A DNA stretch of 60,180 nucleotides. It comes from a virus (taxonomy: Duplodnaviria > Caudoviricetes). The stretch is taken from positions 1 to 60,180 of the IMG/VR virus record IMGVR_UViG_3300047388_000264; one strand, given 5' to 3'. This document shows positions 1 through 9,003 of the stretch, piece by piece. Within the stretch, counting starts at the first letter, position 1; the number at the start of each line of letters is the position of its first letter. The notes beneath the pieces were generated by a model that saw only the letters and a list, made by a program, of their open reading frames with translations, had not been told where the DNA came from and did no database searches. The position numbers and the translations under genes are program-made.

Positions 1-89
1 CGGCATGGATGGCCGTGGACGCCACAAACATGCACGAAGCCAAGACATCACTGTGGCTGTTCGAGAACCTCGTGATTTGCATGTACCTC
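1..89. repeat. Terminal direct repeat, left copy (circular assembly overlap)
   Basis: Bases 1-89 are identical to 60074-60162, and the reading frame from 59680 continues into ORF 9..416. Confidence 0.97.
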
Positions 90-416
90 CCAGACGCTTG
101 GGTTAACCCCTTTCCGGCTGGTAGCGGATTCACCTGGAATGTCGCAGGGTCGCCGGTTTTTCAGAACGGTCACATGTTCCCAGCGGTCGGCTATGACTTT
201 CGCACGGAGGGTAAGAGGGGTTTTGAAATTGACACTTGGGCGATGCTAGGCAGAATGACTCCGGGTGCAGTGAGTACGTATTGCGTTCCCGCGCCAAATA
301 TTCACGGTGGCCTCTACACCGTTCTGAGCCAGGAGTCTATCAACCGGGCGCAACAAAAGGCCCCCAATGGGCTCAATTGGCCGCAATTGCAGGCCGCATT
401 CGCGGCGATGGCGTGA
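1..416 (+). CDS. C-terminal part of the junction-spanning papain-like peptidase (possible lysin or processing enzyme)
   Basis: NGHMFPAVGYD...IDTWA resembles the catalytic His / GYD / TWG region of papain-like peptidases. Confidence 0.6.
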   Translation, partial: AWMAVDATNMHEAKTSLWLFENLVICMYLPDAWVNPFPAGSGFTWNVAGSPVFQNGHMFPAVGYDFRTEGKRGFEIDTWAMLGRMTPGAVSTYCVPAPNIHGGLYTVLSQESINRAQQKAPNGLNWPQLQAAFAAMA

Positions 417-424
417 CCCCCCTT

Positions 425-1042
425 ATGAAAACACTCGCGTTTGCGGCGCTGCTCGCGGCTAGTTCCTTCGGTCAAAACATCGTGGGCAATCCCCCCGGCA
501 ACCAATACATCAATCAGCCGCCGGGGACCTTCCTGAATGTCAACCGTGGAAGCTTCGCCGGTTTTTTGGTTATCCCCAACGGAGTAGGCGCGCCCGTCAA
601 TCCGACATGCCGAAATGGAGCGATTTATTTACAAACCCTCGCCGCACCTTCGCCCGGAAAGCTTTGGCGCTGTAAAGAACTCCATTGGGTTCCTGAAGCG
701 CAAGCGTCGCACGGCCTGAGCTACACCATGTCAGGCGGAGACTTCACGCAAATCTCATACATGACGATCCCCTTCGCGTGCACGATCCGGTCCTACAATC
801 TGCTCGTTGATGCCGGAGCGATAACGGTCCAATTCTTGAAGGCTGCGAACAGGCTTCCCACCGCCGCTGACTCGATCAGCAACGCCGGGGTATCGTATTC
901 GGCTGGCAGCCCGATCCATATTACCGATCTGTCGGATTTCAAGACGGTCAATGTGTCCGCGTTCGACGTTGTGGCCGCGCAGGTCACATCTCAGACCAGC
1001 GTGAAACTCATGAATGTGGTGCTGGAGTGCGTTGAGCAATGA
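425..1042 (+). CDS. Secreted or virion beta-rich protein with a signal peptide (205 aa)
   Basis: Likely start ATG 425: MKTLAFAALLAASSFG|Q; the C-terminal half is beta-strand rich. Confidence 0.6.
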   Translation: MKTLAFAALLAASSFGQNIVGNPPGNQYINQPPGTFLNVNRGSFAGFLVIPNGVGAPVNPTCRNGAIYLQTLAAPSPGKLWRCKELHWVPEAQASHGLSYTMSGGDFTQISYMTIPFACTIRSYNLLVDAGAITVQFLKAANRLPTAADSISNAGVSYSAGSPIHITDLSDFKTVNVSAFDVVAAQVTSQTSVKLMNVVLECVEQ

Positions 1043-1356
1043 TGGATCTCCTCTTGCATCTGTGTCTGTGGTGCTCTCCGGTTCGTGTGCGGTGTTATTT
1101 CGTCGGAGGCATCGACACTTGCTATGTGAGTGTTCTCGATAACAAGGCGCACGTCATCAAAGCACTGGGCCTACCCGCGATGGGACTGCGCCAATCCGGG
1201 CATGGGTGGTCGAGTTTCACTGGCCCACCTCCCGCGCTATTGGGGCGAAATTTCGACCCGCGTCCGGGCGCGCAAAACGATCCGCCTACGTTCTTTTGGA
1301 TTGATCAGGTCGAGATAGATGGCAGGACCAAGAAAGTAAAGCGGGCAAAGGAGTAA
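1039..1356 (+). CDS. Hypothetical protein
   Basis: ATGA overlap with the upstream gene. Confidence 0.5.
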   Translation: MMDLLLHLCLWCSPVRVRCYFVGGIDTCYVSVLDNKAHVIKALGLPAMGLRQSGHGWSSFTGPPPALLGRNFDPRPGAQNDPPTFFWIDQVEIDGRTKKVKRAKE

Positions 1357-1358
1357 CA

Positions 1359-1532
1359 ATGCAACAGCCACACAAGCGACGCCGTAAAAAGAAAAAGAAT
1401 GGCCGCGTCATCATCCCGCAGACCATCGAGAAACTCAAGGTACTCTTGGCCCGGATCACGGACCCGCGTGACCGCCATGAGCTAGAGGAAGCGATTCGGC
1501 TACTTCAGAAGTTGATGGACTGGTGGAGTTGA
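1359..1532 (+). CDS. Small basic helical hypothetical protein (57 aa, not in ORF track)
   Basis: AAGGAG SD upstream of ATG 1359; MQQPHKRRRKKKK...LMDWWS. Confidence 0.55.
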   Translation: MQQPHKRRRKKKKNGRVIIPQTIEKLKVLLARITDPRDRHELEEAIRLLQKLMDWWS

Positions 1533-1619
1533 GAGGATCGTGCTTCTCGCCTGGATTTGCGTTATTATCCTAGCGGTGATCGCGATTGGTTTATTGCTCG
1601 ATTCATTTCCAAAAGATCA

Positions 1620-1886
1620 ATGAGCAACTGTTTCTTCTACGCCGTGAGTCAGTGGTTCCGCACCTACAATAGTGGCGGGCATTTGATTATCCGCAAGAGT
1701 CACAATGGGCCGTGGCCGCATTTCCAGTGGTCGCCCGATCTGGTTCGCTTCTTCCAATTCTGGCCGTCAAAGCCAGCCTATCCACGCCGTTTCCCTCCGC
1801 TGTTGTTTCGCGGCTACATCGGTCAGACCAAGGAGAGATCAAATGAAATTCATGGTGACATTTACCGGGCATTCTGCCGGTCATAA
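1620..1886 (+). CDS. Hypothetical phage protein (MSNCFFYA...GPWPHF...PPLLFRGY)
   Basis: ATG 1620; aromatic-rich small phage-type ORF. Confidence 0.45.
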   Translation: MSNCFFYAVSQWFRTYNSGGHLIIRKSHNGPWPHFQWSPDLVRFFQFWPSKPAYPRRFPPLLFRGYIGQTKERSNEIHGDIYRAFCRS

Positions 1887-2103
1887 GGCTAGCGTAGAGA
1901 AGTTTAAGCAGGAAGGGCAGAAAGTTCCCGCTGGCGTGAAGGTCCTAGGTCGGTGGCATGTAGCCGGAACCGGACGCGGGTACATGCTGATTGAAACTGC
2001 TGACCTCGGGGCGGTTCATTCGTGGGCATTCAGTTGGTCGCATTTGCAAGACTTCATCGTTGAGGCTGTAATCGAGGATGCTGAAGTGCTCGCGGTGCTC
2101 TAG
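1843..2103 (+). CDS. DUF3303-like protein (86 aa)
   Basis: AAGGAG SD; MKFMVTF...GVKVLGRWH...GYMLIET...W...V.AVIED pattern. Confidence 0.7.
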   Translation: MKFMVTFTGHSAGHKASVEKFKQEGQKVPAGVKVLGRWHVAGTGRGYMLIETADLGAVHSWAFSWSHLQDFIVEAVIEDAEVLAVL

Positions 2104-2447
2104 GGTTCGCAAACCGCCTCGATCCGCGTAACCGCCGTCACGATATAGCGCTTGTTTAAGTCCTTCATGAGCGGTCGAAAGTACACGGAATCACCGGGAC
2201 GCACGTCCGATTCCAGTAGTCTGGGGTAGCGCTTCGCCCAACCCTTCGCGTTGTTCTCGGTGAACGGGCCGTAGCCTACGGCTACCACGGTCGCCTTCAG
2301 GCAAGGATCGGATGCGGTTTGCTTGCGGGCGTTGTCGGGGATCACGATGCTGCCGATGCGGTCGGGTGGTTCGTCTAGGGTTAAGACGATGCGACCAGGC
2401 AAGGGACGGAGTAATGCGGGATCGAAGGAGAAATCGGCGGAGGTCAC
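2100..2447 (-). CDS. GroES/Cpn10-like co-chaperonin
   Basis: LRPLPGRIVL...GSIVIPDNA...ATVVAVGYG...DVRPGDSVYF match Cpn10 motifs. Confidence 0.8.
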   Translation of the reverse strand: MTSADFSFDPALLRPLPGRIVLTLDEPPDRIGSIVIPDNARKQTASDPCLKATVVAVGYGPFTENNAKGWAKRYPRLLESDVRPGDSVYFRPLMKDLNKRYIVTAVTRIEAVCEP

Positions 2448-3034
2448 GCGGATAACCTTTCCGGCGTGTCACGCTTGCGACGCTCCGCCCGTATCGTTAG
2501 ATATAAGTTAGCGGCGCACACTCCGCATTTGCAGGGCGCTTCCTCCATGAGGTACAGCACCTCGGACCAGTCTTCCTCTTGTTCTTTCGTCACAGCTTCA
2601 CCCCCATCCATCGTTGCTCCGCTTGCTTCAGCGCCTCATCTGCGAACAAGGCCGCGCGTTCGACCACCACCGAGTTCGTTGTTTCTCCATCCACCATGCC
2701 AGCGAGTAGATCACAGAAGAAATCCATCCATAGCGCGGCGGATCGCTTAACGCTGGCCGGTGGAGTCGGTGGGCGCTTCCGTGCGGTTCGCTTGCTTTGC
2801 TTTCGCTGCATCCTTCAACCTTTCCAAAAGTCTATCGTACACGTGACGTGGCTCGCAGCGGAGTTCCAGGGCGCAGCGCATCAGGATTGCTTCGGGTGAC
2901 TCGGCGTCCCGCTGTCGCCCACGGTCGCGCGCGGTCTTAATAATCCGTACGCGGTCGTCGGCGGACCACGCCATTTTCGCTTGGAGTGCATCCACTTCCT
3001 CTGCGCTCATCGGAGCCATGCTATCCGGCGTCAT
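2444..3034 (-). CDS. Three small translationally coupled hypothetical ORFs (2444-2593, about 2590-2750, 2747-3034)
   Basis: Consecutive overlapping start/stop junctions between the recombinase and the GroES-like gene. Confidence 0.45.
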
Positions 3035-3714
3035 ATTCCCAACCTCCGCACAGCATCCTGATAATCACCGGCGACGTGCTCAAGTGAGACGTGCTGATAC
3101 CGCTCCAATGATTTCTTGCTCGCGTGCCCCGAAATCAACTGAATCTGGCTGTCGCCAAGCCCTTGCGTCGTAAGAAAGGTGAGCATCTGGTGACGCAAAA
3201 GGTGTGGGTGAACCCCCGTCAGTCCCGCCGCGTCGGAATACTCCCGCACGATCTGCCGGATGCGCGAATCAGAAAAGCGCCGTTTCTGGTTGCTCTCGAA
3301 AAGGTATTCATTCTCCGGCACTCCGGCGAGATACGCCTTGAGCGTGAGCGCGAAGTCTTGCGGGAACAGCACGTACCTATCCTTAGATCCCTTGCCCTGG
3401 TCGATGAAGATTTTACTGGCCGCGAGATCCACGTCCGATATCTTCATCTCGCACAGTTCCGAGACGCGTACTCCGGTGTAGAACAGCAGCCGCAACATGA
3501 TCGCGTTACGCAAATTGTCCGCCCGGTCGATGGTTTCGTAAAAACGCCGCAATTCGGCGTCCGTCAGGAGCTTCGGCAGAACGCGCCGGTCACCGGGCGG
3601 TTTCATTTTAAGGTGTTTGCGCGCCTGATGCGCTGCCTTGGTGAACTTCGCGTAGTTCAGCCGGTGCTTGCGGATCACGGCCACTAGGGCGCGGGCGGGA
3701 GCGGGGAGGGTCAT
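3031..3714 (-). CDS. Tyrosine recombinase (XerC/D-like, essentially catalytic domain only, 227 aa)
   Basis: Complete catalytic set: TGVRVSE (R), GKGSKDR (K), HLLRH (HxxR), GHAS (H), LERY (Y). Confidence 0.93.
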   Translation of the reverse strand: MTLPAPARALVAVIRKHRLNYAKFTKAAHQARKHLKMKPPGDRRVLPKLLTDAELRRFYETIDRADNLRNAIMLRLLFYTGVRVSELCEMKISDVDLAASKIFIDQGKGSKDRYVLFPQDFALTLKAYLAGVPENEYLFESNQKRRFSDSRIRQIVREYSDAAGLTGVHPHLLRHQMLTFLTTQGLGDSQIQLISGHASKKSLERYQHVSLEHVAGDYQDAVRRLGI

Positions 3715-4635
3715 GACTCTCTCCGTAGACTAAAGCCTAGCGCTGGAGCTTGGGCGAGCGCGGTAAGCGACTTCTCCCGCAACTCCTTTTCCAGCCGCTT
3801 GCTCTCGATCAGATCATCCCGGCTCCGACTCTTGAAGTATTTCTGTTGCGCGTCTAGCACGGCTAGGGCGAGCGTAGCGAGTTCGGGGAGGGTCACTTGA
3901 AGCTCGCAATTCTGCGGTCCAGATAAAACCGCGCCTTTTCGAGATCCTGAAGCGGCGCGCCAGAAAGCATTTCGCACAAATCGCCTCATGGTCCATCCGC
4001 TGCCCGCTACACACTTCGCACGTTTGCATCAGTCCTGCTCCCCGGCCCCGGATACCGCGCCAGCATCCCGTAGCGAACCTTGAGCGCCTTCTCTCGATTC
4101 ACCCGCGATAGCGTCCGCTGGCCGCGCTTCCGTGCCAGCTCGACCGTCTCCCGCGTCGGCCACAGTTTCTCTTTCGACTTTTGCATAGCACTCCTCATGG
4201 GCGTGGCGGTTCTGGTAGTACACGTCGAATTGCCGGATCAGCTCGCCGCACAGGGCGCAACGCGGGATGTTGGCAAAGGATTCGGCCACTATGGGCGCTC
4301 CAGTTCCGTAGCAGCGGCGCGGATGCCGGAGATTTCGAGGTCAACCTTTTGTAGCCAGTAGGCGGTATAGTTGTAGACCTTGCCGCGTTCGAGGCCGTCC
4401 GCAAAGGCCAGCATCAGAGCGCGCGCGATGTGCCGCGTGTCGTTAGCGTGCAGGGCGTGGGCGCGATTGAGGGCTTCGTCCACCGTCATCTGATACACAA
4501 CCTCCGCTGCTCCTCACTGAGATGGTCCCAACATCGCCAAGGCCCCTTGCGCACGGTCTGGTATACCGAAACGCCGTCGCTCGGCCCACGACGGCACGTG
4601 GCGCAACGGAAGCGGGCGAGGTAGCGGGAGTTCAT
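3711..4635 (-). CDS. Cluster of small hypothetical phage ORFs (3711-3896, 4007-4198, 4289-4498 and neighbours)
   Basis: Tightly packed short ORFs with overlaps; no recognisable motifs. Confidence 0.4.
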
Positions 4636-5333
4636 GCGGCGGCTTCCATGATGCGCCTACCGATCCATTCGGCTACTTGTGGGACAACTACGTTGCCGAA
4701 TCCTTGGATTTGTTCACGGTCGCCCAGTCCACGTCGAATCCCATCAGCCACGCGAGCCATTGCGGGTTCGGTTTCCCAATGCCTCCGTAAAGCGCGCGTA
4801 GTTGGTTGCAGATCGACTCCCCCTCCCGTTTCGTATATCCCTTCCAGTCGCGCGCAACTGGGGTAAGCCACGATGAACACGCGCTGCCGTGTGTGTGGAG
4901 CACCAACGGCGCACGCGGATAGCACTCTCCATTCCGCATCGTACCCGCTCGCGGCCAGTTCTCCAAGGACTCTTCCCATTCCCCGAATAAGGAGTGCTGC
5001 GACGTTCTCCACGATGACGACACGCGGTCGTAGAACGCGAATAAGCCGTGCCATTGAGAACCAGAGTCCACTTCGTTCCGCTTCGATTCCAGCCTGTCGT
5101 CCAGCAGCGGAGATATCAACGCAAGGGAATCCCCCTGCGATACAATCGACTCGCTCAAGTTCGCTTCCGCTGAGGGTTTGGATGTCTCCATACTTCGGCA
5201 CCTTCGGCCAATGCTTCGTTAACACCTTCTGACAAAACGGCTCGATCTCTACTTGCCAGCGGCACTCCATCCCCGCACGTTCAAGCCCGAGGTCCATGCC
5301 GCCGATGCCAGCGAAGAGAGAGCCAAAAGTCAC
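4632..5333 (-). CDS. C5-cytosine DNA methyltransferase, large (alpha) polypeptide
   Basis: Motif I SLFAGIGG, IV GGFPC, VI ENV, VIII RQRVF, X GNVVVPQVAEWIG; TRD and motif IX are missing. Confidence 0.93.
   Translation of the reverse strand: MTFGSLFAGIGGMDLGLERAGMECRWQVEIEPFCQKVLTKHWPKVPKYGDIQTLSGSELERVDCIAGGFPCVDISAAGRQAGIEAERSGLWFSMARLIRVLRPRVVIVENVAALLIRGMGRVLGELAASGYDAEWRVLSACAVGAPHTRQRVFIVAYPSCARLEGIYETGGGVDLQPTTRALRRHWETEPAMARVADGIRRGLGDREQIQGFGNVVVPQVAEWIGRRIMEAAA
4688..5191 (-). CDS. Nested out-of-frame methyltransferase small (beta) polypeptide carrying the TRD and motif IX
   Basis: Lies entirely inside the MTase gene in another frame; WPRAGTMRNG, TPVARDWKG and NPQWLAWLMGF (motif IX-like). 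Confidence 0.7.
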   Translation of the reverse strand: METSKPSAEANLSESIVSQGDSLALISPLLDDRLESKRNEVDSGSQWHGLFAFYDRVSSSWRTSQHSLFGEWEESLENWPRAGTMRNGECYPRAPLVLHTHGSACSSWLTPVARDWKGYTKREGESICNQLRALYGGIGKPNPQWLAWLMGFDVDWATVNKSKDSAT

Positions 5334-5368
5334 AGCGCAAACCTACCGTTTCTCATTCCGTTCCCGCT

Positions 5369-5397
5369 AACTTACCGCTTTCCGCGCCCGCCGTCAA
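5369..5397 (-). promoter_or_regulatory. Sigma70-like promoter for the MTase/recombinase operon
   Basis: TTGACG-17 nt-TAAGTT on the minus strand. Confidence 0.5.
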
Positions 5398-6000
5398 GGG
5401 GAAAGCGCCGGAAGCGGGCCGGAAGCTCCCGGAATGGGCTATTATCGGGAGGTTCATGTTCTGTTCAACTGCTTTACTATCAGTGCAACGCCGAGCGCGA
5501 TCAGGGCCATGTGAACGACCATGAAGAGGCCAGTAGGGCGCGGATTCATGGCGAGCAGCCCAACGCCAGCGGCCACATAGAACCACCCGCGATACTTCAT
5601 TCCTTCAATTCTCCCCTGCCTTCAACGCCGCGCGTTCGCGTTTGATCTTGACCTGCGTATGTTTTGCGAACGTCACCGCCGTGCCAGCAAGCACCGGGCA
5701 GGTTGCCGAATGCCTCCGCGCGTAGGATTGCGAAGATGACGACAGCGCACGCCTTGTCGTCGGGGTCGCCATGCTCCAGTTTGTCGCCCAAGGTCCGTAG
5801 GTCGGCTAAAAGATCCGGCGTCATCCCTTCCCCCTCCGGTGCCCCGGCTTGTTCCAAAATTTGCTATGGCACTTCGTATTCGGGCATTTCTCAGGCATCC
5901 GCTTCAGGGACCGCCTCAGCCACTCATGCCCACAGCGGCAACATTTCAGTTGAAGTTTCACTAGGGCGATGGTATCATGATACCGACAGCGAGGTCAAGC

Positions 6001-6483
6001 GTGAAAGAAACTAGGAAGATCATCAAGGATTTTATCAGCGAGCGCTGGTCCGACGAGAAAGTCGTACAGGTGTTTGCCTTCAACGAGGACGGTAAGATGC
6101 ACTTTATCAATAGCTGCTCGTGCCTCACCGGAGTCCACTCTAGCGAAGTGCTTCATACACACTGCCTGTCGCCTTACCATCGTCGCAATCACTGGGAGCT
6201 AGCGAGACGCGATCCGCAGGTAGTAATGGCTGAGAGCGCTTATTTATGGTTGATGTGTGGCAGACCGCCCGCGCCCCGTCCTTCATGGAAGTGTTTGTTC
6301 TCCGCGACAGCCCGCGCAGCGTATCGCGCCGCCCTACGGGACTATAAACGCATTCTTGGCGAAAATAGCGACACGACCCGCCAGCGCATTCTGGGCGAAA
6401 TCCTACGCGAGATCATGACCGAGCGCGAAGCGATGCGGCCCCTACGTGCGGGATGCGCGGGCGTGGAGCTTACCGCACGGTGA
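6001..6483 (+). CDS. Hypothetical protein
   Basis: GAGG then GTG at 6001; 160 aa. Confidence 0.5.
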   Translation: MKETRKIIKDFISERWSDEKVVQVFAFNEDGKMHFINSCSCLTGVHSSEVLHTHCLSPYHRRNHWELARRDPQVVMAESAYLWLMCGRPPAPRPSWKCLFSATARAAYRAALRDYKRILGENSDTTRQRILGEILREIMTEREAMRPLRAGCAGVELTAR

Positions 6484-6486
6484 CCC

Positions 6487-6765
6487 ATGCTGACCTTCCC
6501 CAACGTCACCCCCGCCGTGTTCGAGGCCGTACTGAACGAGTTGCGGCAAAGCGCAACGGTGCGATCACTTGAGGCGATTTCTAATGGTAGCCAGCATTGG
6601 CTTATCGAGGGTAACGGAATCGTGGCGGAAGCGGTGCGGATGGAGAGCGGGACCGTACATGTAGCCGTGAGAGACAAACCCTGGTGGATGCCGGAGGCCG
6701 TGATCGCGGCGAAGATCGAGAGCGCAATCGAAGCGGCGCAAGCGGCGATAGGGGGGCGGGCGTGA
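6487..6765 (+). CDS. Hypothetical protein
   Basis: Starts 3 nt after the upstream stop; GTGA overlap with a short ORF 6762-6923. Confidence 0.55.
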   Translation: MLTFPNVTPAVFEAVLNELRQSATVRSLEAISNGSQHWLIEGNGIVAEAVRMESGTVHVAVRDKPWWMPEAVIAAKIESAIEAAQAAIGGRA

Positions 6766-6923
6766 ATGGAGACGAACTAGCGGCGATACTGTACGCACAA
6801 CAGGGATTTGTTGTCATGGCGTCAGGCATACAGCATCCAATCGGCGCAATCGTCCGCGAAAACGAAAACAATGCCGGTAGCTCAATCACCGCGCCTCTTC
6901 GCATAGTTAGGGTAATAATATAG

Positions 6924-6952
6924 TTGACAGACTACGGGCAAGGCGATAACCT
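6924..6952 (+). promoter_or_regulatory. Sigma70-like promoter pointing into a largely non-coding region
   Basis: TTGACA-17 nt-TAACCT. Confidence 0.5.
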
Positions 6953-7033
6953 TGGTGTGGCGTGATAGGCCAGTTTCAACAAAAAGGTTGTCCCAAAAGG
7001 GACCCCTAGTGTTACACTTGAAATGTAAGGTAT

Positions 7034-7059
7034 GCCTGGGGGACATACATCCCCCAGGC
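7034..7059. terminator. GC-rich perfect hairpin
   Basis: gcctggggga-cataca-tcccccaggc: 10-bp stem, 6-nt loop. Confidence 0.6.
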
Positions 7060-7073
7060 GCGTAGGTTGTCCC

Positions 7074-7175
7074 CTACGCTGGTTCTTTAGACGGAACGTC
7101 GAGACCGAAACTGAGTTTCCAGATTCGCAGTCTGATGCTCAGCCTACCCGGCGTCCGACGAATTGTAAGTTTCAC
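7074..7175 (-). CDS. 33-aa small peptide MKLTIRRTPGRLSIRLRIWKLSFGLDVPSKEPA
   Basis: Very strong SD AAAGGAGGTGA (7186-7196) upstream of GTG; flanked by hairpins. Confidence 0.5.
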   Translation of the reverse strand: MKLTIRRTPGRLSIRLRIWKLSFGLDVPSKEPA

Positions 7176-7533
7176 TGAATGGGGTTCACCTCCTTTCGGT
7201 GACAATAGGCCCCGGCGCTGTTCGGTCTGGACCCTGTTACAGCACCGGGGCTTTCTGCGCTTTGGACACGCAGAACCTATTTGGCGTTTGGGCTATCCTT
7301 CAGCCTCCAAGTGTTCCCGCCAATATTCTCGAACCCGCCATCGCGCTTGAGCGCAACCGGCAAGTAATTTTGAAAATTATTCGTACCGCCCTTGAACCCT
7401 CCGGCTCTCGCTAATTCCTCAATCATCTTCCCGCACGCGGATCTCGGTCCACTGGGACGGCACGGAGGATCAGCCGAGACGGAATCACTCGCACATAAAG
7501 GCGAAGCACCTACTTGGACAACCGAGCTTTAAT

Positions 7534-8031
7534 CTACCTGAACAACAGAAACGCCAGCAACCCGCCGCCAACGATCAAGCCTACCGTCATCGGGTCGAGC
7601 GATGTAGGCAGCGCTCCCGCGTCCAGCGTTCCACCGCTAAATCCGGGGTCGTAGATGGCCGGGGGACCGTCCGCGAGCGCCAGGGAGAGCGGATCCGAGG
7701 GACTAAGGCCGGTTGCAGCGGCAATGTTGGCGGCGTAGGTTGCCGGGTCGTTCCCCGCGCTGGCCGGGGCGTATTTGGCCGTGAACTGGTCGATGGTTTC
7801 GCCGCGTGAGGCGTCCAGGTTGATCTGGTTGATGAGCGCTTGGTAGCCAGTCGCGTAATCGGGGAAGATCGCTAGTCCGGTTGCCGGATCTTGGCCAGTG
7901 GCTCCCGGCTGTCCGGCGTACATGAGAGCGCCGGGATTATTGAAACGGTAGGTTGCGCTTCCGGCGTAGTACCCCTCTTGCGTCTGAATCGCCTGAGCGA
8001 CTGTATCGACGGAACCGAGGGAGAGGCGCAT
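7534..8031 (-). CDS. Virion-associated muramidase-like protein with C-terminal membrane anchor
   Basis: AIQTQEG...RFNNPGAL...F.....GYQAL...KYAP...NDPATY lysozyme-like pattern; MRLSLG leader; terminal TM helix. Confidence 0.7.
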   Translation of the reverse strand: MRLSLGSVDTVAQAIQTQEGYYAGSATYRFNNPGALMYAGQPGATGQDPATGLAIFPDYATGYQALINQINLDASRGETIDQFTAKYAPASAGNDPATYAANIAAATGLSPSDPLSLALADGPPAIYDPGFSGGTLDAGALPTSLDPMTVGLIVGGGLLAFLLFR

Positions 8032-8227
8032 GGTTGCCCTAAAACCCCTTCACACCTGCCTCGCGCAGCGCCCGCTTCAGCCGCTCGATCTGCTCCCGCT
8101 GGACCTGGATAATCTGCATCAAGTCCCGCATCTTCTCTGCGTCGGTATACGGCGGTAAGGGATACGGCTCGGGCTCATCGGTCACCGCTTCCATATCTCC
8201 ATTTCGCGTGGCGTGATGTGTTCCACG

Positions 8228-8710
8228 CTATAGGCACCTCGGAGGGTTGACGCTGCTCACGCCGCCGCTTGATTGCAATGTCGCATTATATGGCACCCCC
8301 ACCGTAGCCGGAGGCAACGATTTGGTGAGAATAAGCAGAGGCGCGCAGATCGCCAGCGGCAAGGTGACAGAGGCCGTTCTGCCGTTGCGGTCGCGCACGG
8401 TGATCGCCGGCGTAGCGTTGGTGACTATGGCCACGGAGCCAGCGAGCGCCGAGCCCGAGACCGCTATCCCCGACGGCAGTGCTGTCGCGCTCCAAGCATA
8501 AGGAGCCTTTCCGCCCGTCGCAGAGAGCGGCGCGGAATACGCGGTGTTGATCTTTCCGATGGGTAGGCTGGTGGTAGTGATGGACGGCCCGAGCCTGATA
8601 GGGGCGCTCAGGGTATTGATGAGCTTCCGCCACACAGAAGTAGCCTGTGCCGCCTGTATCGCTATGAATGTCAGGCAGAAGGCGAGGATGAACCGGCGTA
8701 AGCTATTCAA
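8228..8710 (-). CDS. Secreted protein with a putative Ig (He_PIG-like) domain
   Basis: Signal peptide; ITTTSLP.G....YSAPLSATGGKAPYAWS...LPSG plus a second partial repeat. Confidence 0.7.
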   Translation of the reverse strand: MNSLRRFILAFCLTFIAIQAAQATSVWRKLINTLSAPIRLGPSITTTSLPIGKINTAYSAPLSATGGKAPYAWSATALPSGIAVSGSALAGSVAIVTNATPAITVRDRNGRTASVTLPLAICAPLLILTKSLPPATVGVPYNATLQSSGGVSSVNPPRCL

Positions 8711-9003
8711 AACGCCCTCGCTTGTCTCTGGGCGACATAGCCTTATGGATCTGTGCTGCGCGACTCACCGCCTTCCGGCCCTCTTTGCTATGCGGCCCAC
8801 GTCTGCCGGGACCAAGAACCTCCGTAATCCTGCCGCTACGGATATGGAGCGTCCTTGCAATCGTGATGCGCGGGATCTCCTCCGCGTTCATCGCTTGAAT
8901 ACGCTGGATCATCCACGGTGGGAGCAGTTTCACTTCGCGTTCTCTCCTTGCGCGGGCTTCTTGGGCGGCGCGATCTGCTGCTCGATCATGGAAGCACCTG
9001 CCA
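8703..9003 (-). CDS. Hypothetical basic protein, possible HTH
   Basis: IPRITIARTLHIRSGRITEVLG is HTH-like; start uncertain. Confidence 0.35.

Noticed and set aside
1-89. Biological terminal repeats of a linear genome
   Set aside because: The repeat falls in the middle of a continuous ORF, which fits an assembler overlap of a circle.
6910-6932. Second IS1595 end (tatagttgaca resembles the IS inner end)
   Set aside because: No matching inverted repeat, TSD or transposase found; the similarity is mostly the -35 box.
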